This document shows positions 1 through 10,600 of a stretch of 64,000 nucleotides of DNA, in pieces (the stretch's first letter is position 1; every line of letters begins with the position of its first letter). Both the position numbers and the translations under genes were made by a program. The DNA lies in NCBI GenBank assembly GCA_965644295.1, contig CBFFRP010000001.1:124001-188000 (forward strand). The letters are read 5' to 3'. The notes beneath the pieces were generated by a model. It was not told the origin of the DNA and searched no databases. It saw only the letters and a program-made list of their open reading frames with translations. The DNA is from Paraphysomonas bandaiensis (taxonomy: Eukaryota; Protista; Chrysophyceae).

Positions 1-3000
1 TGTATACAGCAAACGATGTGACATACGCAAGAGCAAGCAGCCTAATCAAAGGGTATGAAAACACATCATTCGGCAAGCATGCGTTGCAAAATTCAGGGGA
101 AGACAGTGTCAATCAAGCAGTGGATGACAGTAAATGGAAAGAGCACAAGAGAAAGGGCAGATGCAATAAGTGCAAGAAACTTGGCCACTTTGCTAGGGAG
201 TGCAAGACTCCAGAGCATGTCATAAAGAGGATGAAGGGGACAAGATCACAGAGAAAAGATAGAGATCACAGAAACAGGGGTGATAACAAAACAAAGCTAC
301 CTGTGTGTGAGATATGTGACATCCCAGGCCATCAGACTAAAGACTGCTTCCACTTGAAGACTGCTAAAGCTGCAGTGGTCAGTTCTAAACGGGGGCGAGA
401 CTCTAGAAGGGAAACGGCACCCTACAAGAACAAGAAGAAACCGCGAGTGTCTGTACATGATTCAGAAGATGAAGCGGGATACGAATCGATGATATGTGTG
501 GAAGAAGAGGTGAATCTAGCACAGAGCATGTCAGATGTTATTTATTTAGACAGCGGGTGCAACAAGATGATCCTTACCTCCAAAAACCACATGACCAACC
601 TTCAGCGCGCTGATAGGCAGATGTCCACAGCGAACAAAGGTAAACTGTCAATACACAGTGTTGGCGATGTAGGAAGCTTTAAAAAGGTGTACTACGCACC
701 TGAAGCAAGTAAGAACCTCGTAGATATGAAGAGCATCACAGATAGGGGTTGTGTTGTGACGTTCGATAATGATGAAGTCGTCATTCGAAATAAGACTACG
801 AACAAGACACTCATTAGACAGAGAAGTGTTAATGGATTATATCCAGTTCGACTCGAAGACTTACTTCAGCTTGGAGAAGAATCCTCAGCAGCACTTGAGG
901 AGCAGGGGTTTGATGACCAGCGAATTCTATGGCACAAAAGACTTGGCCATGTCAACTATGATAAACTGACTGAGTCCGACCGCCGAGGCCTAGTTGATGG
1001 AATAAATCTGGACAAGAAATATTTCAGAAAAAAACACAAAAAAACGATATGCAAATGTAATACCTGCATGCGATCGAAACTCACGAGAAAGAACTTCAGG
1101 ACTCCACGCCAGTTGATGAACTTAGACAACAACCCAAAGGAGAGAGGGGTGCTCAGTGCAGATACGATGGAAGTCCTAAACACGCCATCGATGGAAGGCT
1201 ACAAACATGTGTTACTATTCAAGCACAGTGATGCAAAACATGTATGGGCTTATGGGTTGAAAAACAAGACTGGGAGTGAAGTGTTAAAGTGTATGAAGGA
1301 CATGGTAGAGACCCAACTTGTCAAAGAAGGATTGCAACTACGACGATATCATGCAGATGGCGCAGGAGAACTAGTAGGGCAACATGTCAGGCAGTACTTA
1401 CGTGAAACCACCAGCACAAGGACTGTACAGGTTACTTGGACTCCACGTGACACACCCGAAATGAATTCGCTATCGGAACGCACTAATCGTACAGTGAAGG
1501 AGATGGCCCTTGCTATATTGCTCGATAGTGGCATGCCATCAGTATTTTGGTTCAAAGCAGTCTTGCATGCTGTATATCTGATCAACAGGTTACCTACGAA
1601 GACAACGAAAGGATACATCTCACCTTTTGAGTATATTACTGGAACCGCACCAGATGTGAGTGACTTGAAGATCTGGGGCTGCAAGGCATGGGCTATTGTG
1701 CCGAAGGAGCAGCGCCGCAAAGAGTGGAAAGAAAAGGGAAAACCTGGATACTATATGGGACAATGTCAACAACCTGTTGGACACCAAATATATATTCCAG
1801 ACCTGAATGCTATTATTGTTGCAGTCAATGCACAGTTTGATGAGTCAATTCCAGAGCGTTCACAGGAGTATTTCGACGAAATAGATAATCTACAAATCGA
1901 CACCTCAGAAACAGCAGAGAGTGTAAATGACTATCAGTACCTGGTGGGCCTCAGACATCTTGATGGACACCTGTGTTATGTTACCACCAGAGTGATAGAG
2001 AGAAGAGGAGTCATTGTTGCATATAGGAGATTAGATATGAAAGGAAATACTACCGAGGAGCAAACTCCAATTCATATCAAAGATGTAGTAAAGATGACTC
2101 ACTCTACAAAGTGTCAGACCGACAAGTTTAATAGTTTGCGAAATGAGTTGGATCAGACTTGTAATGACAGTGACAATGAACAGAGGACTCCTGACCGCTC
2201 AAATCGGGGCGCATCTTCAACAGGTGGGGCAGATCGAAATCCCAGAACTGAAAAACGACCTCGAAAAAAACGGCACATTGTTAACGTTGGTGTCCTCGGC
2301 GATGTCTCATTGTTTCTTGATTCCTCCAACAGCACAATTAAAGAGCCACAGACGCTGGCAGAAGCAAAGAAGACTCCACAGAGAACATACTGGATTGAAG
2401 CTACCAGGAAGGAGGTGCACAAGCTTGAACGAAGGACATGCTGGAAGATTGTCCGAAGGCCGAAACACCGAAAAATCATAAAATCTAAATTGGTCTTTAA
2501 AGTAAAGCGCGACCATCTTGGAAAAATTAAGAAGTTCAAAGTTCGACTTGTGGCGAAAGGGTTTACTCAAGAACAAGGAGTCGACTATAATGAGACATTC
2601 TCCCCAGTAGCTAAAGGTGTATCATTTAGGCTAGCACTGGCACTGGCTCTGCGATACAATCTGCAACTCCGTCAACTCGATGTAGAAACGGCATTTCCGT
2701 ATGCAGATCTGGACGAAGACGTGTTTATGTCTCCACCTGCAGGAATAGATATTCCACAAGGCTGTTGTTTGAAGATTCTGAAGAGTTTGTATGGCCTAAA
2801 ACAAGCGCCTCGAAATTGGCATTCAATGCTGAAGGACAGTATAAAGGCGATGGGGTATAAACAATGTGTTCTTGACCCATGTTTATTTGTACTCAAGGGT
2901 ACTGATGATAACCTACATATGATACTTGTGTATGTAGATGATATCATTGTGCTCAGCTCTGACAGCCGTCATATTGAAGAAGTCATCAGCGCCTTTAAGA

Positions 3001-4256
3001 CTCAATATGCCATGCAAGATATGGGGGACCTTAAGCATTATTTAGGTCTTACCATTGAGCGTCATAATGGCCAGATTAAGTTACATCAGTCTGCATATGC
3101 TAAAGATGTTGTGGCCAGATTCAATCACTTGTTGTCAGAAAAGAAGAGACGGTGCAAGGCAACCACACCTCTACCACCTGGCCTAAAGTTGTCCAAGGAT
3201 GCAAAAGAGGAAGAAACTCGAAAACAGAGAGAATACGTTGATGCATTTCCCTATCAATCTGTTATTGGTGCCTTAATGTATTTGGCAGTGCATACTAGAC
3301 CAGACATGGCATATACAGTAAATCTTCTCTCCCGGTTCACCACAAGACCCACGTACGCTGCATGTCAAGCTGCTCTGCATACTTTATTGTATTTAGAAAA
3401 TACAGTTGATCAAGGTATCATATTTCCTAATTTCACAGATGAAGACCCTCTATGTGTGTACTCTGATGCAGATTGGGCCGGAGATCTGGATACATGCAGA
3501 TCCACTACAGGGTATATCGTATATCTGTGGGGTGCTCCAATTGCATGGCAGTCCAGACTGCAGCCAACAGTGGCTACGTCGACTATGGAAGCTGAATATA
3601 TGGCTGCATATGCTGCAATTCAGGAGATTGTATGGATACGAGGGGTGATGACAGAGCTCGGAATTCGTGGATTTGAGCTCAGTAAGAATGCGTCTCCAAC
3701 AATCTTGAATATGGACAGCAAGAGTGCGATTGATCTAGCTCAGAACCCGGTAAATCATAAACGTTCCAAGCATATTCGGATCAAGTATCATTGGATTCGA
3801 GAGCAAGTGGGAGGCTGTATCGTCAGGCTGAATCATGTGCCAACGGCAGAGATGACAGCAGACGTGATGACTAAAGCCTTGTCCGAGAAGCTGCACTATC
3901 AGCATGTGCACACTATGGTATCGCACTAAGTAGACTTGCTCATCACAGTATATTCTGATATGTTCATTGAGTGGGAGTATTGAACTACAACCAACTCCTA
4001 CGTGCGTACTTGAAGTTTGGTAAAGTCAATCGCTAGTAGTTATCCTGTATTCTATGTAGCAATGAAATACAGAATATACATGACTACAGTATAGGAGTAG
4101 CTATTACAAGTATACAAAGAAACTGAAAATATAGTAGCTGTTAAAGATATGATTTGTAGAACAGAATGTTGATGTTGGTGAATGACGTGGTTCCTAACTC
4201 ACAGGGCTACAACATCATAAACTTACTATATCTCCTATAATATCAATCAGTCAATA
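1..4256 (+). mobile_element. Ty1/copia LTR retrotransposon (5' part outside window)
   Basis: Uninterrupted gag-pol ORF in copia order (PR-IN-RT-RH). Polypurine tract GAGTGGGAG at 3969-3977 is followed by a putative 3' LTR starting TATTG at 3978. LTR end is ambiguous (CAACA 4214 or TCAATA 4256). Confidence 0.93.
3..3929 (+). CDS. Copia Gag-Pol polyprotein (5'-partial)
   Basis: Two CCHC knuckles (CNKCKKLGHFAREC, CEICDIPGHQTKDC), protease YLDSGC, GAG-pre-integrase WHKRLGH...CNTC, integrase core, RT (RLVAKGF, LYGLKQAPR, YVDD), RNase H (YSDADW, RSKHI, ADVMTK). Frame is open to the window start. Confidence 0.95.
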   Translation, partial: YTANDVTYARASSLIKGYENTSFGKHALQNSGEDSVNQAVDDSKWKEHKRKGRCNKCKKLGHFARECKTPEHVIKRMKGTRSQRKDRDHRNRGDNKTKLPVCEICDIPGHQTKDCFHLKTAKAAVVSSKRGRDSRRETAPYKNKKKPRVSVHDSEDEAGYESMICVEEEVNLAQSMSDVIYLDSGCNKMILTSKNHMTNLQRADRQMSTANKGKLSIHSVGDVGSFKKVYYAPEASKNLVDMKSITDRGCVVTFDNDEVVIRNKTTNKTLIRQRSVNGLYPVRLEDLLQLGEESSAALEEQGFDDQRILWHKRLGHVNYDKLTESDRRGLVDGINLDKKYFRKKHKKTICKCNTCMRSKLTRKNFRTPRQLMNLDNNPKERGVLSADTMEVLNTPSMEGYKHVLLFKHSDAKHVWAYGLKNKTGSEVLKCMKDMVETQLVKEGLQLRRYHADGAGELVGQHVRQYLRETTSTRTVQVTWTPRDTPEMNSLSERTNRTVKEMALAILLDSGMPSVFWFKAVLHAVYLINRLPTKTTKGYISPFEYITGTAPDVSDLKIWGCKAWAIVPKEQRRKEWKEKGKPGYYMGQCQQPVGHQIYIPDLNAIIVAVNAQFDESIPERSQEYFDEIDNLQIDTSETAESVNDYQYLVGLRHLDGHLCYVTTRVIERRGVIVAYRRLDMKGNTTEEQTPIHIKDVVKMTHSTKCQTDKFNSLRNELDQTCNDSDNEQRTPDRSNRGASSTGGADRNPRTEKRPRKKRHIVNVGVLGDVSLFLDSSNSTIKEPQTLAEAKKTPQRTYWIEATRKEVHKLERRTCWKIVRRPKHRKIIKSKLVFKVKRDHLGKIKKFKVRLVAKGFTQEQGVDYNETFSPVAKGVSFRLALALALRYNLQLRQLDVETAFPYADLDEDVFMSPPAGIDIPQGCCLKILKSLYGLKQAPRNWHSMLKDSIKAMGYKQCVLDPCLFVLKGTDDNLHMILVYVDDIIVLSSDSRHIEEVISAFKTQYAMQDMGDLKHYLGLTIERHNGQIKLHQSAYAKDVVARFNHLLSEKKRRCKATTPLPPGLKLSKDAKEEETRKQREYVDAFPYQSVIGALMYLAVHTRPDMAYTVNLLSRFTTRPTYAACQAALHTLLYLENTVDQGIIFPNFTDEDPLCVYSDADWAGDLDTCRSTTGYIVYLWGAPIAWQSRLQPTVATSTMEAEYMAAYAAIQEIVWIRGVMTELGIRGFELSKNASPTILNMDSKSAIDLAQNPVNHKRSKHIRIKYHWIREQVGGCIVRLNHVPTAEMTADVMTKALSEKLHYQHVHTMVSH

Positions 4257-4419
4257 TTGCACTAACTAAAAGCGTAAATTAATAGAGTTAGGAGTTAGGC
4301 ACTAGTTAGTTAAATTGTTTTGCTACATTATTTCTGACTCTTACCCTGTTACGCTTGTTGCTATTAATCAGACATTTACTATATTGGTGATGTTCTATGC
4401 ACTTCATCTTAATTAATAC

Positions 4420-4543
4420 CTGGGCTAGGAAACAATATATTGTAATTGTATTGTTGGGCCTGTTTAAAGTTTAAAATCTCCATCAATAGTATTGTTGGAA
4501 CGCTCCTAACAATAGTATTGCAATATATTGTTTCCTAGCCCTG
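4420..4543. mobile_element. hAT-type MITE (124 bp)
   Basis: 23-bp TIR C(T/A)GGGCTAGGAAACAATATATTG with one mismatch; flanks ATTAATAC / CTTAATAC (7/8 match to an 8-bp TSD). Confidence 0.75.
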
Positions 4544-4998
4544 CTTAATACCATAAAATCTCTTCCACTCTATAGAAAATTTCCCACGAACGCAAGTACG
4601 TAGTAGTATAATTTGTGCTATGGTACTCTACTAACCGCGGATGCATATAGGTTGCGTAGTCAATCATTTTAAGCGATAACGCTTAAACATTCTGTAGCTA
4701 GAATCTGTAAAATCCGTCAATATAGTATAGATTTCCATGAATCTTAAGAGTTGTGTGCTTCAACTATCACTATGATCTTTTATCAACAGGATGCAAGACA
4801 CGAATCACACAAACTTAATTGTTTATTGGGAATAACGTGAAGCCCTGGAGCCTACTTCTGACATCTGATATACCTTGGAGACTGAACACTTGATCACTCA
4901 ATAAATATCGCAAAAGTCATACTTCCTCGATTCATATCAATATATATATCTAAAACCGATAACGAACGAGTGATATCAACATTTCATAAAGCGCGGAC

Positions 4999-7103
4999 TC
5001 ATTTCACATTTGTCTTGCGCTTACGTCCATTCGGACTGAGTCCAGTACTCGAAGGTGATCTTCGCGCTGGTGACCGCGATCGCGGGGAGGGAGAAGAAGA
5101 GCGAGGACGGTGGGGACTGCTGTTAGTTGGAGATTTAGACCGGCCTGCTGGTTTACGAGACCTCGATTTCGGACGGCCGCGACGGGAATCTAGAAGAAAC
5201 AGGAAATATGTAACACGTAAGCGGGTACTGTACTAGCATAACACAAATAAATACCGTCGTGTATAGCGTTCACTGTAGGTGAGCGGCGTCCCTCCTCCAC
5301 AAGGCCAATTTCTTCCGCTGACGTAACTTCCAAAGACGACTTGGGCATTGGGTAGACATCTGTAAGGCCTTCTCCAACAGGGACTGGTGTCCTGCCATGA
5401 GGCTGCTGGCGATATTTTGTGTATCCAAGTAGCAGCAATGCCATAGCTGCTCCCATACAGCCAAATACGACCCCCCAGAGAGCTGGTGACGACGATGAGC
5501 CAAATAGTCCCTTCGCTCCTGATGTAGTTTTCTTCGATGTTGGGGCCAGTGTGGGGTAAAACGACGGGGCGGCGCTAGGAGAACTGGGCTGAGAGGTGGG
5601 TATCATGGTTGGTCCACTCGGTACACTGGTGGGGATTCCACTTGGACATCCAGTCGGAAGATGGGTTGGCGCTCCCGTTGGTCGGCGAGTAGGAGAGAAT
5701 GTAGGAGTATGCGTGGGACGGTGAGTCGGTGAATGAGTGGGCATGGCTGTGAGCCCCCAATCCACATTTTGCGACTCGTACGACGAAATCTCCACCACAT
5801 CAGTGACGCTATCAGTGTCTTCCCCGCCATTCACGTCCTCTCCCCACGCTATTACCTTTCCATCGGAACGCAAGGCAGCAAAAGCTGTGCCAGTTGCTGC
5901 AATGCTGACGATGTCGTAGAGCTCTGACTGCACGCCCAGAGATGATCCCCCTTTGTCGGGGTCTCCCCATGTCACAACTAGACCACTCGTTTTCAGAGCA
6001 GCGAAGGCCACCTGATTTCCAACTATAGTTTCTACATCAGACCTTAGCTGGTTCGTAACGAAAACTGAATTTCCACCCTCGTCACTGTCTCCCCAGGTGA
6101 CTACACTGCCGTCAGTTTTCACAGCAGCAAAGGCTGAGCTGGTGGCAAATATATCAGAAACTCCTGATGTGAGCTCGCTAGCCACTGCGGATGAGTCACC
6201 ACCTCCATTGGCATCTCCCCATGTTATTACCTTGTTATTTGCATCCAACGCTGCGAACGCGTCATCTGTGGCTGCAATTTTTAGGATATTATAGAGCTGA
6301 GAAGAGATAGAGGTAGGAACACCATATCCGCCCTTTCCCCAACCACCCCACGTCACCACTTTTTTACCGGACTCCACAGTGGGGACAGCAGCGAATGCAT
6401 AGAAATTCGAAAATATAACTCCAATGTCCGATTGAAGCGAAGATGAAACACCACTGGAGTCTCCTCCAAAGGAATCGGTCCCCCATGTGACAACACTGCC
6501 GTCCGTCTTCAGAGCTGCGAACGCAAAACGCGTATTGAATATATAACTAACACCAGAGCTGAGTTGAGATTGTACGGATGAAGAATCGCCCCCTCTATCT
6601 GCATCTCCCCATGATACTATACTATTATCGCTCTTTAGGGCCGCAAATGAGTAGTAATTAGAATATACTTTCACCACTCCGTATGACAATTCATGAGACA
6701 CACTCGACTGATTGCCACCATATATTTTGTCTCCCCAAGATACCACACTCCCATCCGCTAACAGGGCAGCAAATGCAGAGTAAGTAGCGGATATTTCTAC
6801 TACTGAAGTGGTGAATATGACGTCTGACGAGTCCCCTCCTGCGCCTATGCTGCCCCATGTAACCACACTACCATCACTCTTTATTACTGCAAATGCATAC
6901 TGAGTAGAGGCGATGGATGTCACGCCACTGGTGAGATCTGATGAGACAGTAGATGAGTCTCCGCCGAAGTCAGTGTTGCCCCACGTGATGATGGAGGAGC
7001 TGTCTGTCAGTGCAGAGAACGCATAGAGGTTCAGCTGAGTGTATGCATGCGAAGGAATGACTGTGCAGAGATAGAGAAGGAAGGAGACTGATGATAGAAG
7101 CAT
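4999..7103 (-). CDS. Type I membrane protein: signal peptide, ~10 RCC1-like repeats, P/T/S stalk, TM helix, RS/SP-rich cytosolic tail (2 exons: 7103-5255, 5189-4999)
   Basis: Repeats of ~42 aa (AFAALKxDGSVVTWG), PTHSPT stalk, TM ALWGVVFGCMGAAMALLLLGY. A GT-AG intron at 5254-5190 joins in frame to DSRRGRPKSRSRK...NVK*. Confidence 0.85.
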
Positions 7104-7634
7104 TGGTTAGTCACAGGGAGGTAGAGATCTGCATGTGTTCGTTATGCACTTGTTACAACTTTGCTATGAAATTTTACGGTATATGTATGTATATACGCGT
7201 ACATATACTCCAGGACAGATCTATAGAGACTCTATGAGGGCCCCTTGCGGGTTCACCCAGTGGATTTTTGTGCTAGATAATCATGCACAGTGATTCGAAA
7301 ATCCTGTGTTTTTGAGTCGAAACACACCATAAAACACCTCTCTGCTACTGTTTCCACAAAAATTTCGGTATTCTGCAGATACTGTATTTTCTTGTTCAAA
7401 GATTTTGCTTCCAATAGTTCAAAAGCATGGGTTTTAATAAAACTGTAGGATATTTATACAGTAGAGTCCACAACTATGCACATACTCTCTGTGCTTGTGG
7501 AGGTGTCATTGTTAGCTTATTAGTTTGACCAGAGGTCTTAATTTCTCTCTCCACACATCAGGCCCAGAGATCTATTTGATATTGCATCCCCGCATAGTTA
7601 CTGGAGTCTATTAGACAGTACTTCCAGTCTGAAT

Positions 7635-10600
7635 ATGAACAAGTACAGAGTGGAGCGTGTGGTGGGAGAGGGATCATTCGGCAAGGCTCTTCTCTGTAGC
7701 CGTAAGAGTGATAACAAGAAGTGTATTGTAAAGGAAATATCACTTAGTCGAATGGGGCGTAAAGAAGCCAAACAAACAGAGCAAGAGAGCTCTCTTCTCT
7801 CTCGTTTACAGCATCCGAATATAGTCACTTTTTGGGAAGCTTTTCAAGATCGCAGCACACAGGGAAGACTCAATCTATATATCGTTATGGAGTTTGCTGA
7901 TGGTGGTGATCTTTCTGGTCTGATTAAGAGTAGAAGGAATCGTTTAATGTCTGAGAATCAAGTGTCCAATATTACAGTGCAGATAGCTCTAGCAATGAAA
8001 CATGTTCACGACCGCAAAATCCTACATCGAGATCTAAAATCTCAAAACATATTTTTAACATCAAAAGGAATTGTCAAGTTAGGGGATTTTGGGATTGCAA
8101 GAGTGTTAAGGAATACAGGGGAGTTGGCTTCCACACAAATCGGTACCCCTTATTTTATGTCTCCTGAGATTCTTGCAAATAAAAGATACAACAACAAAAC
8201 GGACATATGGTCTCTAGGATGTGTGGTATTCGAATTGATGTGCCTTCGCGTGTAAGTTATACGCTTTGTCGTGTGTTATATTGTCCGTGTATATATGACT
8301 TCCCTTAAGCACTTCATACTTTGCACGTTATTAATGTTTTTGTTGTAGACCCTTCCAAGGAAATAGCATGAAGCAATTAGTCTCTAACATTATTAATTCT
8401 CCGATGCCCTCGCTTCCCACTCAGTACTCTTCAGAGCTACGATCTCTGGTGAAGTCTATGCTTGCCAAGAATTATAAAGAGCGCCCAAGCATAAATACTA
8501 TCCTGTCCAAGCCTGTGGTCAGGGACAAGATCACACATATACTCGACGACCATGTGAGGCAGGTGGGTTTGAACTTGGGCAGATACAACTTTGATCACTG
8601 GTTTTTGTCTTTAGAGAGAATTCAGTCACACAGTACTGCATGGAGATGATATACTTCGGTCTCGTCCGGCTGTACAGGAACAGCAGAAGCCTGAGATTGT
8701 ACGTCCTGTTGCCCCTGCTGTTGTTGCCTCCAATATCCCAGCCAAGGACGCTCGCCTGGCGGATCAGTTAAAAGAGGCAGAGGTAAATTCTGCTGCTCTT
8801 GCAGCTGCTAGAGAGAGACAGGCTGCACGAGCCCGCCAACAAGCAGTTGACGCTCACCGTGGGGCGAAGGAACGCGAAGTTAACGTTGATGCTCAGATGC
8901 GGCGCCTGAAGGAGTTGCGGGAGGCCAATTTAGCGAGAGAAAAGGAGTTGCTGCGACTAAAACGGGCAGCGGAGGAGAACGACCGTGAGCGAGCGGAGCG
9001 TGCGCGTGTGAAGGCTCAAGAGGCCAGGGAGAGGAGGAGGGCTGAGGTGGATCGTAATCGAGAAAGACCGTGGAGAGAGAATGCCAATGCAATTGGAGGA
9101 AAGAAGAATGCGGAGAGAGCACCGATAGTACCATCTGCAGCTGCACCCAGTAATAACGAAGCCCGCTATCGCCCACGAATGAAGCCCGCCGTACCAAAGA
9201 GACCTGTGGAGGTATTTCTTTTCGTTGTATTCATGTCATCATATTTTATGTTCTGTGATTGTTAAAGTCATATTTCATGTGGTCAATTTTTGACTAGTAT
9301 AGACATATTTCACTATGAGCTTGTAGGTGAAGCCCCGCACTCCCCCCGATGTTCCTAGAATAGCCCCTAAGGTTGCTCCTAAGCCGCGTGTTGTCGTCCG
9401 CCATCAGGTCAAACAGGCATCTCCTCCCATAGAGCTGCGTGTTGATGGAAAAGTTCTCGGAAAGGAAGATGTTGCGGCTGCTGAAGTAGCACGTGAGAGA
9501 GGTGTCAAGGTAAATATGTCGGCTGCTCAGGAGAGACGAGAGCGGTACGAGCGCTTAAGGGCTCAGGGTCAATTGCGTCAGCAACAGCAGAGAGAAAAAC
9601 GAGACAGTGATCCTAAGGACAAAATTCAAAACGTCGGCAACTCTCCAGCGGCAATGGTAGCAGCGATGGGTAACGATGAGTGCGGCTCCAGCAGTAGTAG
9701 TAGTAATAATAATAGCGGTGAAATTGAAGGAGGTAAAGATCAAGACAACAACAATCCTGTAGTTCCTGGAATCAGGAGGGAAGGTGTAAAACAGGCAGGT
9801 AACTGGTTCAAAGACTTGGAGCAACAGATGGGTGCTTTGAAAAATCAGATCAGTGATATGAAAGCCCCTGCCTCGGTATCACCCTCTGCTCCTGGGGAAG
9901 GCAGAGTTCCAGAGAACTTCAGAGAACCTAAAAAAGATGAAATTTCCCCTGGTGCACAAAATCTTCGACAAGGAAAGTGTCGCGCAGAGAGAGTTCCTAT
10001 CTCCAGCAAACATGTATCCCCACCTGCTGTTGCGAGTGCAGTCGGTCGACCTCCTGTTTCTGCACGCCCTGGAAAACCCTTACCCTCGAAAGTAGCAAAG
10101 AAAAGTCCCCCCGTAATTAATAAGACCCCTCCACCCAGTAAAGAGGAGCAACTTGAAAGGCGTAGACAAAAAAGAGATGAAGACAGGAAAAATCTACGCC
10201 AGTTTGTACGGGCTCAGAGGGCGGCTCAGGTATTCATTAATGATCTAGGGTTACTTCTGCTCTGATATGTTGTACAGGGTGTGTATAATGCGTCACCGGC
10301 ATCAGATGCCGACAGTTCTTTTTCTGTATCTCCCTCTGTGTCTACCCCACAGGGATCTGTCACCCCTGCTTCTGCACGTTCCTCAGCATCACCGTCACCA
10401 TCTGTCCATAGTCGCAGGGCATGGCAACCTGCCGGAGGTAACTTAAAGGACGACTTATCAAAAGAACCGATGCATGGTCCAGAAGATAAATTGAAAAAGC
10501 CTAATCCAACAGCAGAGGTACGAGAGGACCGGCGACAGAGTGATGGTGGGGCTGTCGATGCAGCGGCTGAGCTACGGAGAAAGCGAGACAAAGAAAGAGA

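Noticed and set aside
4970-5236. 88-aa plus-strand ORF
   Set aside because: Antisense shadow of the RS-rich last exon of the RCC1-like gene.
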